This document shows positions 35,915 through 48,400 of a DNA stretch of 64,000 bases, in pieces. The DNA lies in assembly GCA_002189035.1 (NCBI GenBank), contig NEEC01000016.1, positions 2,565,908 to 2,629,907 of the forward strand. The letters are read 5' to 3'. Under the pieces are notes generated by a model. It had not been told where the DNA came from. It did no database searches and saw only the letters and a list, made by a program, of their open reading frames with translations. This DNA comes from Utricularia gibba (Eukaryota; Plantae; Magnoliophyta). How positions within the stretch are numbered: the first letter of the stretch is position 1; the number at the start of each line of letters is the position of its first letter. A program made the translations under genes and the position numbers.

Positions 35915-38900
35915 GGAGAAGCAGCCCTCGATTAGACTGTGAGAAAGGCCTTAACATCCTTGGGCCTCAACACTCAAGACAGCTGGCCCTTGATGACTGG
36001 ACGACGCCCTACATTCGGTATTTACAAAATGGGAAAACCCCATCTGATAAGCCGAAAGCCCGACAGTTAGAGACTAGAGTGAATAGGTATACGTTAGTGA
36101 ATGGAATTCTCTATTGTAAATCCTTAGATGGACATTTATTGAGGTGCATTGGGGCAAAGCATTCTCAAGAACTCATAGCCGATCTATATGAGGGTGAATG
36201 CGGCAGCCATATTGGAATACGATCCTTATGCCGGAAAGTTATAAGAACCGGGTACTACTGGCCAACTATGAAGCAGGATATTACTGATATGGTGAAGAAG
36301 TGCAAAGTGTGCCAATACCATGCAAGTATACCAAGAAAACCAATAAGCAAACTGACCTCTCTCCCACTCTCCTGCCCCTTCGACCCATGGGGGGTGGATA
36401 TAATGGGGCCTTTCCCCCACACCTCGGGTCAAAGAAAATTCGTCATCGTGGGTGTCGAGTAGAGGCTGAAGCCGTGGCAAAGATCTCGGAGGAGACCGTT
36501 ATCCGATACCTGTGGAAAAACATCTTCATCCGATTCGGAATCCCTCAAGAGCTAGTGACTGATAACAGAACTCAATTCGTCGGAGGAAAAACGGATGCAT
36601 TCCTGGATAAGTATTCGGCCAAGCACAACTTCACCTCAGTATATCACCCGCAAAGTAATGGCCTCACAAAGGAAACGAACCGAACGCTCCGACTAGGTAT
36701 GAAGACTAAGCTCGAAGATTTTGGGGGGTCATGGGCAGATCGCTTAGATGAGGTACTGTGGTCATATCGCACTACCCCTCGAACCACCACAGAAGAGTCC
36801 TCATTCTTATTGGTTTACGGTTCAGAAGCCATATGCCCTATCGAACTGACCTTGAAGAGCTACCGGGTAGAGCATTATAACAAAGAAGAGAATACTAACC
36901 TCCGAAAACTGGAATTGGAGCTATTGGAAGAGAAGCGACGAAGCATCTATAGTCGACTAGGGGCTTATCAGAGAAGAACGGAGAAGAGTTACAACAACTC
37001 GGTATCCCCAAGGGAATTCTCCGAGGGAGATTTGGTGCTCCGAAGCATCCAACCACAAAGACACGTCGGAAAATTAGACCGCAACTGGGAAGGCCCTTAT
37101 CGGATTTCAAGGGTGATCGGAAAAGGTGCATATCGCCTGGAACAAATAGATGGCGTGGAACTCCCAAGGTCGTGGAATGCATCGCATCTAAGGAAGTTCT
37201 CTGCCTAACCGACTCAATATCAATCTCTGTCACAGGATTCGGCATTCTCTTCCCCAAAACACTCATGCACCTATAAATTCCTCCGAAATGGAGATGGGAA
37301 AACAAAACACAAGCCTTGGCTGAATCGCGTAAGCCCAGGCAGACCATCAAAGATCTAAAGCTCTGGCCAAGTAACGTAAGCCCAGGCGAATCTCCTAAAT
37401 CGGAGTCCCCTGTGGGATACATCAAATCGACTCGGGGTCTCCCTCGATATATATATGTGTGATCCACCAACCCAGGCGTCAATAGCAAGAATAAGCCCTG
37501 GTACGATTCGGGCATCGGTTTATGTAAACCGCACGCGTAAGCCCCGAAAAGCCCTTAAGTATTGACCTTATTGTCGGAATCTCGAGACGGCAAGAGCACT
37601 CGAAGCAAATCCACCCATGTTCAAAACAATGGGGTGTGGCTAGAAGAGGGCCCTTTCGGATTGGGGAAGTCACTCAACCCATGAGCGGTTCCGACCTACT
37701 TCCCAAGCAGCAGTTCAGCTTGCATGAGGAAATACTAAGGCAAACTAAAATCAAAAAGCCCAACCAAAGGGTTGGCGAGGAGGCACCCACCCCCAGATCA
37801 CAAAAGCATAGGCGAATCTCCAAGTCTAAGCACGTAATAGACACAACAAACCAACTCAGGCTTCCCTCGAAATGTGACGTCACCAAAGGCAAAAGTGATG
37901 CGCAAAAAACAGAGTAAATTAGAAGGAAACCCCGAACCGGAAGACCAAAATTATCCAAAAAGCCCCACAATAGGGGAAAAACATCAAGTCAAAAATTACT
38001 AAAGTACAGGAGGGGATGGGAGATTCTCGGGAGGATTGGCAGAGGAACCGGTATGCTGTTCCATCCTTGCCCTCAGCTTGGCGTCGTTCTCTCACCCTAT
38101 CCTCGCTCGAATCAGCGCAATCAGCCGCTCCCGATCAGCTTCGAACCCGAATTCCGGGGCTTAGAAAGTATCCGCGATAACATCAAGCATGTTCTCATCC
38201 TTCGTCAAGGGGTTCACCCTGTCGAAGTGCGGATCCATGATTGAAAGCCTGAATTCCCGGCTGAACTGTCGCCTCTGGCGGTATAGAAGTAATCCGATTA
38301 AGTCCCCTGCATAGATATTGGAGAGTTCGGCAAAACAGGCTGAGTTAACAAAGTCATCCAGAAGACCCCGCCGAGATGCTTGTTGATCAAGTAATTTGGC
38401 CTCCAGTGTCGAAACGCGACCCCTGGCTTGCTCTAGCTCTTCTTCTGCCTCCTCAAATCAGACTTTGAAGCCTTCTCTCTCCGATTTGGCATTGTCAACT
38501 GCCTTTCCCATCTCCTCAACCACATTCCGCAACTCTTCCTCCTGGCGGGTGCGTTTCCCTAAGACGGTCATCAGTGAACTCTCCTCCTCCTCCAACAACT
38601 TCATCTAGGCGTTCTGAGCCTCAAAGAAGCCCAAAACCCTAGAACGAGGCAGGAGTCAAGAAGGGGGAAGGACTTAGAATGACAAGGGGACCCGTCAAAA
38701 ATCCCAGAAAACCGAACGGAAAAAGCGAAGAACCGAATGATACCTGGAAAATTGGCGGTTTCCGACGGATATCACGACGATCGAGCGGCGGATGAGTGTG
38801 ACGGAGCACGGAGGGCACAAAACTCTTGAAGGCAATAGAGAGGGCAAAGGAAAGAACTGACGTGAAGGGCGCTTATTTATACGGGAAAGGTTAGGGAGAG

Positions 38901-39464
38901 GAAGCGTCGTGACGTTTGAGGTACCCAGAATGAGCGGGAAAAAACGTGGCGTGCCAAGGGTAAATTTGATCCCCCGATTTACCTCGAGAAGGGATAATAT
39001 TGACGAATCAGAGGGGCTGAATGATAGGGGATAAATCGGTCAAGGGTAATCGGTTCCTAAAAGGCTGCCAAAAGAGATCCTAAGGGGATAACGCTAGGTG
39101 ACAAATTATCTTTTGTCAAAAATCTGACAAGTATGGCCATATGACAAAATCTGAAAAGCGGCCAAATTACGGCATAACGGGTGGTCGATATCTGAAAAGC
39201 GAGATCCTATAGTAGGTGCAGTAGGCAACCGATATTTGCATGTGTCAGGGTTCAATCAGGATAAGCTCTCCTATAAATAGACGGAATTATGACGAAAAGC
39301 AAGTTGGACAAAAAAAGATTTCATCAATTTGTATTCTCCTCATCACGACCTCCATCTAGTGAAGCTCTTCTCCGGCGAGCTCTGGCAGCTCCGTAGTTTT
39401 TCCGCCTTCCGACGGTTTCCACGTAAAAAATCCTTGCTCACTCTTATTCTAATGTAATCGGCGG
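35915..39464 (+). mobile_element. Tat-like gypsy 3' fragment (INT, antisense-ORF remnant, PPT, truncated 3' LTR)
   Basis: DDWTTPY linker, LYEGECGSH, WGVDIMGPF, VYHPQSNG, WEGPYRI integrase with frameshifts (36079-37208); coiled-coil antisense remnants 38040-38610; PPT AGAGGGGCT 39010-39018; LTR from 39022 cut off by the array. Start is 35915-35980. Confidence 0.9.
39022..39464 (+). repeat. Tat-like 3' LTR lacking its last ~90 bp
   Basis: TGATAGGGGATAAATCGG start; collinear with solo LTR 28227-28735 until ~39456. Confidence 0.85.
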
Positions 39465-42400
39465 TTTACATTATTTATATTTTAATAAACATATATCACA
39501 TGATTATAAAAATATTTTTTTTGTCATTGTAGAAAGCTCATCACGCCACGCACACCACCCTCGAGAGGTTTCAACAGCTGTTATGAACTCACAACCCCTT
39601 GCTCAGCAGATTCAGTAAAATTCTCTAACACTTGGGCTTCCAACGGATCATATCCCATATTCATTCATACGAAATTGTGCAAGAATAATGTGACTTTGAG
39701 TTTGAACTAGATAGTAGGACGCTGATCGAAGAATGGCCCATCGAGTCTCTAAAATTGGCCGTCCTCGCTCAACAAATGTGGGGTGCACGTGACATCTCAA
39801 TTTCAACAAATGCATCATGATTTTCGTCGAGTGGGCCCATGAGCCCGTCCGAACCCGGGGCCCGGGCCAAGGGCCCCTCGAGAGCGCCCGCCTCAATACG
39901 AGGAGGTGTTCCTTCAAAAACCATATACGCGTCTCGTCACAACCCAACGTTAATAAATGCATCACTTTTTTTGGCGCGCTACTGCTGACTTTGGGCCCGA
40001 GTTCGGCACGACCTTCGGCCCGATCAGGGTGCCCCCCCGAGAGCTCCTCCTTAAGTATAAAGTGTGTTGTTGAAAAAAACGGTGTGCGGTTCTCGTGACA
40101 TCCTAACTTCAACAAATGCATCACGATTTTCGTCGAGTCGGACGGGACCGGGCTCCCGGGGCCCGGACGAGGCGCAGCGCCCGCTCCCCTCCCCCCCAAA
40201 ACTAGAAGGTGTTCCATGGAAAACCATTTAGGCGGCTCGTGACAACCCAAAGTTAATAAATGCATCACTTTCTTTGCCGGGCTACAATGACTTTACGCTC
40301 GAGCCTGGTACGACGTATGGGAAGATTCGAGTGCCCCCCGAGAGCGTCTCCACAAGTATAAAGCGTGTTGTTGAAAAAACCGTGTTGGGTGCACGTGACA
40401 TCCTAATTTCAACAAATGTGTCACGATTTTCGCCGAGTGGGACCAGAGTGGGCTCATCAGCCAGACCGAACCCGGGCCCAAGCCAAGGGCCCCTCGAGAG
40501 CGCCCCCCCCCCCCCCCCGCAAAACTAGATGGTGTTCCATGAAAAAAAATTAGGCGGCTCGTGATAACCCAACGCTGAGAAATGCATCCCTTTTTTCGCC
40601 GGGCTAAAACTGACTTTGGGCTCATGCTCGGCGCGACCCCCAGCCCGTGTGCATACGCAGCAGCACCACGAGGCCACATGGGCTTGGTTTATGCCCGCGT
40701 GCTCGAGCAGCAGCCACAAGGTCATGGCCGTGGAACAAAGCAAACAATCATAAAATACAATAAGCCAAAAATAAAAAATAAAATTGATAAACCCTTGATT
40801 CGGTTCGGGCCCAATCAAAACCCGTAGGGTTTAACCCGTTCGGGTTGAACAGAAAGACAACCCCATGGGTCATGCAAACTGTAATACCCAGAATTTCATC
40901 GGGTTGGGTCCGAACCTGAATGGATCCAACCCAGGCCCATCTCTAATCATAATCATATGATATAGGTTTATTAAATTATAAATAATTGAAATACATTATT
41001 TATTAAACCGTAGGATAACTATGAAAGCTTCTTTGACTTAATTATTACCATTTGATCCTCAGTTGTACTTTGGATGGAGTGTGTAGTTTTACTTTAGTCA
41101 TTTTAATTAGCATTCGATCCTTGGTTATGATTCAGATCATATTTGCTATTTTTTTACTTTAAATATTTTTATTATCATTCGATCCTTAAGTATAATGCGG
41201 ATCGAGCGCGTATTTTTTATTTTAATATTTTTATTAGCATTCGAACGCTAGGTATGCTGCGGGTCGAGCGTATATTTTTCACTTTCATATTTTTATTAGC
41301 CTTAGATCCTTAGGTATATTTTGGATCGAGTGCATATTCATTTATTTTAAATCTTAATTAGCGTTCGACCGTTAGGACCAATTTAGAACGTGTATACATT
41401 ACAATGCCATGCCGCATGGACGTGGTCTACGCGTAAACCACGCCCGTGTCCACACGCTGCAGCACCACAAGGCCACATGGGCGTGGTTTACGCACAACCA
41501 CGCCCGTGTGCATACGCTGCAGCACCCCAAGGCCACACGGGCGTGGTTTACGCACAACCCACGCCCGTGTGCCCTTGCAATGTAAACACGGTCCACATTG
41601 CTCCTAAGGATCGAGCGTTAACACAAGTTTCAAGTAAACCATCTCCACTCGATCCGAATCATGTCTAAAGACCGAAAGCCAATAAAAATATTAAAATAAA
41701 AAATATACGTTCGATCCGCATCATATCTTAGAATCGAATGCAAATAGAATCATTCAAATAAAAAATATACAGTCGATTGGAATCATAACCAAGGATCGAA
41801 TGCTAATTAAAATGATTAAAATAAAAATGCACACTCCATCCAAAGTATAACTAAGGGTCGAATGCTAATAAAATTAAAAACTAAGAAGCTTTCACATGTA
41901 GTATATGCTTTAATAACTAACGTATTTACGTTATTTATATTTTAATAAACATATATCACATGATTATAAAAATATTTTTTTTGTCATTGTAGAAAGCTCA
42001 TCACGCCACGCACACCACCCTGGAGAGGTTTCAACAGCTGTTATGAACTCACAACCCCTTGCTCAGCAGATTCAGTAAAATTCTCTAACACTTGGGCTTC
42101 CAACGGATCATATCCCATATTCATTCATACGAAATTGTGCAAGAATAATGTGACTTTGAGTTTGAACTAGATAGTAGGACGCTGATCGAAGAATGGCCCA
42201 TCGAGTCTCTAAAATTGGCCGTCCTCGCTCAACAAATGTGGGGTGCACGTGACATCTCAATTTCAACAAATGCATCATGATTTTCGTCGAGTGGGCCCAT
42301 GAGCCCGTCCGAACCCGGGGCCCGGGCCAAGGGCCCCTCGAGAGCGCCCGCCTCAATACGAGGAGGTGTTCCTTCAAAAACCATATACGCGTCTCGTCAC

Positions 42401-45400
42401 AACCCAACGTTAATAAATGCATCACTTTTTTTGGCGCGCTACTGCTGACTTTGGGCCCGAGTTCAGCACGACCTCCGGCCCGATCAGGGTGCCCCCCGAG
42501 AGCTCCTCCTTAAGTATAAAGTGTGTTGTTGAAAAAAACGGTGTGCGGTTCTCGTGACATCCTAACTTCAACAAATGCATCATGATTTTCGTCGAGTCGG
42601 ACGGGACCGGGCTCCCGGGGCCCGGACGAGGCGCAGCGCCCGCTCCCCTCCCCCCAAAACTAGAAGGTGTTCCATGGAAAACCATTTAGGCGGCTCGTGA
42701 CAACCCAAAGTTAATAAATGCATCACTTTCTTTGCCGGGCTACAATGACTTTACGCTCGAGCCTGGTACGACGTATGGGAAGATTCGAGTGCCCCCGAGA
42801 GCGTCTCCACAAGTATAAAGCGTGTTGTTGAAAAAACCGTGTTGGGTGCACGTGACATCCTAATTTCAACAAATGTGTCACGATTTTCGCCGAGTGGGAC
42901 CAGAGTGGGCTCATCAGCCAGACCGAACCCGGGGCCCAAGCCAAGGGCCCCTCGAGAGCGCCCCCCACAAAACTGGATGGTGTTCCATGAAAAAAAATTA
43001 GGCGGCTCGTGATAACCCAACGCTAAGAAATGCATCCCTTTTTTCGCCGGGCTAAAACTGACTTTGGGCTCATGCCCGGCGCGACCCCCAGCCCGTGTGC
43101 ATACGCAGCAGCACCACGAGGTCACATGGGCTTGGTTAATGCCCGCGTGCTCGAGCAGCAGCCACAAGGCCATACGGCCGTGGAAAAAAAGAAAAACAAC
43201 CATAAAATACAATAAGCCAAAAATAAAAAATAAAATTGATAAACCCTTGGTTCGGTTCGGGCCCAATCAAAACCCGTAGGGTTTAACCCGTTCGGGTTGA
43301 ACAGAAAGACAACCCCATGGGTCATGCAAACTGTAATACCCAGAATTTCATCGGGTTGGGTCCGAACCTGAATGGATCCAACCCAGGCCCATCCCTAATC
43401 ATAATCATATGATATAGGTTTATTAAATTATAAATAATTGAAATACATTATTTATTAAACCGTAGGATAACTGTGAAAGCTTCATTGACTTAATTATTAC
43501 CATTTGATCCTCAGTTGTACTTTGGATGGAGTGTGTAGTTTTACTTTAGTCATTTTAATTAGCATTCGATCCTTGGTTATGATTCAAATCATATTTGCTA
43601 TTTTTTTACTTTAAATATTTTTATTATCATTCGATCCTTAAGTATAATGCGGATCGAGCGCGTATTTTTTATTTTAATATTTTTATTAGCATTCGAACGC
43701 TAGGTATGCTGCGGATCGAGCGTATATTTTTCACTTTCATATTTTTATTAGCCTTAGATCCTTAGGTATACTTTGGATCGAGTGCATATTCATTTATTTT
43801 AAATCTTAATTAGCGTTCGACCGTTAGGACCAATTCAGAACGTGTATACATTACAATGCCATGCCGCACGGACGTGGTCTACGCGTAAACCACGCCCGTG
43901 TCCACACGCTGCAGCACCACAAGGCCACACGGGCGTGGTTTACGCACAACCCACGCCCGTGTGCATACGCTGCAGCACCCCAAGGCCACACGGGCGTGGT
44001 TATACACTCAAGATCTGGAATCATTAAAGACCGAAAGGATCGATCATATCTTAGAATCGAATGCAAATAGAATCAAAATGATTGGAATCATAACCAAGGA
44101 TCGAATGCTAATTAAAATGATTAAAATAAAAATGCACACTCCATCCAAAGTATAACTAAGGGTTGAATGCTAATAAAATTAAAAACTAAGAAGCTTTCAC
44201 ATGTAGTATATGCTTTAATAACTAACGTATTTACGTTATTTATATTTTAATAAACATATATCACATGATTATAAAAATATTTTTTTTGTCATTGTAGAAA
44301 GCTCATCACGCCACGCACACCACCCTGGAGAGGTTTCAACAGCTGTTATGAACTCACAACCCCTTGCTCAGCAGATTCAGTAAAATTCTCTAACACTTGG
44401 GCTTCCAACGGATCATATCCCATATTCATTCATACGAAATTGTGCAAGAATAATGTGACTTTGAGTTTGAACTAGATAGTAGGACGCTGATCGAAGAATG
44501 GCCATCGAGTCTCTAAAATTGGCCGTCCTCGCTCAACAAATGTGGGGTGCACGTGACATCTCAATTTCAACAAATGCATCATGATTTTCGTCGAGTGGGC
44601 CCATGAGCCCGTCCGAACCCGGGGCCCGGGCCAAGGGCCCCTCGAGAGCGCCCGCCTCAATACGAGGAGGTGTTCCTTCAAAAACCATATACGCGTCTCG
44701 TCACAACCCAACGTTAATAAATGCATCACTTTTTTTGGCGCGCTACTGCTGACTTTGGGCCCGAGTTCAGCACGACCTCCGGCCCGATCAGGGTGCCCCC
44801 CCGAGAGCTCCTCCTTAAGTATAAAGTGTGTTGTTGAAAAAAACGGTGTGCGGTTCTCGTGACATCCTAACTTCAACAAATGCATCACGATTTTCGTCGA
44901 GTCGGACGGGACCGGGCTCCCGGGGCCCGGACGAGGCGCAGCGCCCGCTCCCCTCCCCCCAAAACTAGAAGGTGTTCCATGGAAAACCATTTAGGCGGCT
45001 CGTGACAACCCAAAGTTAATAAATGCATCACTTTCTTTGCCGGGCTACAATGACTTTACGCTCGAGCCTGGTACGACGTATGGGAAGATTCGAGTGCCCC
45101 CCAAGAGCGTCTCCACAAGTATAAAGCGTGTTGTTGAAAAAACCGTGTTGGGTGCACGTGACATCCTAATTTCAACAAATGTGTCACGATTTTCGCCGAG
45201 TGGGACCAGAGTGGGCTCATCAGCCAGACCGAACCCGGGGCCCAAGCCAAGGGCCCCTCGAGAGCGCCCCCCCACAAAACTGGATGGTGTTCCATGAAAA
45301 AAAATTAGGCGGCTCGTGATAACCCAACGCTAAGAAATGCATCCCTTTTTTCGCCGGGCTAAAACTGACTTTGGGCTCATGCCCGGCGCGACCCCCAGCC

Positions 45401-48400
45401 CGTGTGCATACGCAGCAGCACCACGAGGCCACATGGCTTGGTTAATGCCCGCGTGCTCGAGCAGCAGCCACAAGGCCATACGGCCGTGGAAAAAAAGAAA
45501 AACAACCATAAAATACAATAAGCCAAAAATAAAAAATAAAATTGATAAACCCTTGGTTCGGTTCGGGCCCAATCAAAACCCGTAGGGTTTAACCCGTTCG
45601 GGTTGAACAGAAAGACAACCCCATGGGTCATGCAAACTGTAATACCCAGAATTTCATCGGGTTGGGTCCGAACCTGAATGGATCCAACCCAGGCCCATCC
45701 TAATCATAATCATATGATATAGGTTTATTAAATTATAAATAATTGAAATACATTATTTATTAAACCGTAGGATAACTGTGAAAGCTTCATTGACTTAATT
45801 ATTACCATTTGATCCTCAGTTGTACTTTGGATGGAGTGTGTATTTTTACTTTAGTCAATTTAATTAGCATTCGATCCTTGGTTATGATTCAGATCATATT
45901 TGCTATTTTTTTACTTTAAATATTTTTATTATCATTCGATCCTTAAGTATAATGCGGATCGAGCGCGTATTTTTTATTTTAATATTTTTTATTAGCATTC
46001 GAACGTTAGGTATGCTGCGGATCGAGCGTATATTTTTCACTCTCATATTTTTATTAGCCTTAGATCCTTAGGTATACTTTGGATCGAGTGCATATTCATT
46101 TATTTTAAATCTTAATTAGCGTTCCACCGTTAGGAGCAATTTAGAACGTGTATACATTACAATGCCATGCCACACGGGCGTGGTTTACGCACAACCCACG
46201 CCCGTGTGCCCTTGCAATGTAAACACGCTCCACATTGCTCCTAAGGATCGAGCGTTAACACAAGTTTCAAGTAAACCATCTCCACTCGATCCGAATCATG
46301 TCTAAAGACCGAAAGCCAATAAAAATATTAAAATAAAAAATATACGCTCGATCCGCATCATATCTTAGAATCGAATGCAAATAGAATCGTTCAAATAAAA
46401 ATGTACACTCGATTGGAATCTTAACCAAGGATCGAATGCTAATTAAATGATTAAAATAAAAATGCACACTCCATCCAAAGTATAACTAAGGGTCGAATGC
46501 TAATAAAATTAAAAACTAAGAAACTTTCACATGTAGTATATGCTTTAATAACTAACGTATTTACATTATTTATATTTTAATAAACATATATCACATGATT
46601 ATAAAAATATTTTTTTTGTCATTGTAGAAAGCTCATCACGCCACGTACACCACCCTGGAGAGGTTTCAACAGCTGTTATGAACTCACAACCCCTTGCTCA
46701 GCAGATTCAGTAAAATTCTCTAACACTTGGGCTTCCAACGGATCATATCCCATATTCATTCATACGAAATTGTGCAAGAATAATGTGACTTTGAGTTTGA
46801 ACTAGATAGTAGGACGCTGATCGAAGAATGGCCCATCGAGTCTCTAAAATTGGCCGTCCTCGCTCAACAAATGTGGGGTGCACGTGACATCCAATTTCAA
46901 CAAATGCATCATGATTTTCGTCGAGTGGGCCCATGAGCCCGTCCGAACCCGGGGCCCGGGCCAAGGGCCCCTCGAGAGCGCCCGCCTCAATACGAGGAGG
47001 TGTTCCTTCAAAAACCATATACGCGTCTCGTCACAACCCAACGTTAATAAATGCATCACTTTTTTGGCGCGCTACTGCTGACTTTGGGCCCGAGTTCGGC
47101 ACGACCTCGGCCCGATCAGGGTGCCCCCCCCGAGAGCTCCTCCTTAAGTATAAAGTGTGTTGTTGAAAAAAAACGGTGTGCGGTTCTCGTGACATCCTAA
47201 CTTCAACAAATGCATCACGATTTTCGTCGAGTCGGACGGGACCGGGCTCCCGGGGCCCGGACGAGGCGCAGCGCCCGCTCCCCTCCCCCCAAAACTAGAA
47301 GGTGTTCCATGGAAAACCATTTAGGCGGCTCGTGACAACCCAAAGTTAATAAATGCATCACTTTCTTTGCCGGGCTACAATGACTTTACGCTCGAGCCTG
47401 GTACGACGTATGGGAAGATTCGAGTGCCCCCGAGAGCGTCTCCACAAGTATAAAGCGTGTTGTTGAAAAAACCGTGTTGGGTGCACGTGACATCCTAATT
47501 TCAACAAATGTGTCACGATTTTCGCCGAGTGGGACCAGAGTGGGCTCATCAGCCAGACCGAACCCGGGGCCCAAGCCAAGGGCCCCTCGAGAGCGCCCCC
47601 CCACAAAACTGGATGGTGTTCCATGAAAAAAAATTAGGCGGCTCGTGATAACCCAACGCTAAGAAATGCATCCCTTTTTTCGCCGGGCTAAAACTGACTT
47701 TGGGCTCATGCCCGGCGCGACCCCCAGCCCGTGTGCATACGCAGCAGCACCACGAGGCCACATGAGCTTGGTTAATGCCCGCGTGCTCGAGCAGCAGCCA
47801 CAAGGCCATACGGCCGTGGAAAAAAAGAAAAACAACCATAAAATACAATAAGCCAAAAATAAAAAATAAAATTGATAAACCCTTGGTTCGGTTCGGGCCC
47901 AATCAAAACCCGTAGGGTTTAACCCGTTCGGGTTGAACAGAAAGACAACCCCATGGGTCATGCAAACTGTAATACCCAGAATTTCATCGGGTTGGGTCCG
48001 AACCTGAATGGATCCAACCCAGGCCCATCCCTAATCATAATCATATGATATAGGTTTATTAAATTATAAATAATTGAAATACATTATTTATTAAACCGTA
48101 GGATAACTGTGAAAGCTTCATTGACTTAATTATTACCATTTGATCCTCAGTTGTACTTTGGATGGAGTGTGTATTTTTACTTTAGTCAATTTAATTAGCA
48201 TTCGATCCTTGGTTATGATTCAGATCATATTTGCTATTTTTTTACTTTAAATATTTTTATTATCATTCGATCCTTAAGTATAATGCGGATCGAGCGCGTA
48301 TTTTTTATTTTAATATTTTTTATTAGCATTCGAACGTTAGGTATGCTGCGGATCGAGCGTATATTTTTCACTCTCATATTTTTATTAGCCTTAGATCCTT

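Noticed and set aside
39788-40620. CRISPR-like repeat-spacer organisation
   Set aside because: Intervening segments are homologous to one another and identical between units; eukaryotic context; no cas genes.
40826-40845. Telomere-like TAGGGTTTAACCC in each unit
   Set aside because: A single imperfect motif, not an array of TTTAGGG.
39465-41990. Unit as a tandem Helitron or CACTA derivative
   Set aside because: No convincing hairpin plus CTRR 3' end and no CACTA/G termini found by eye.
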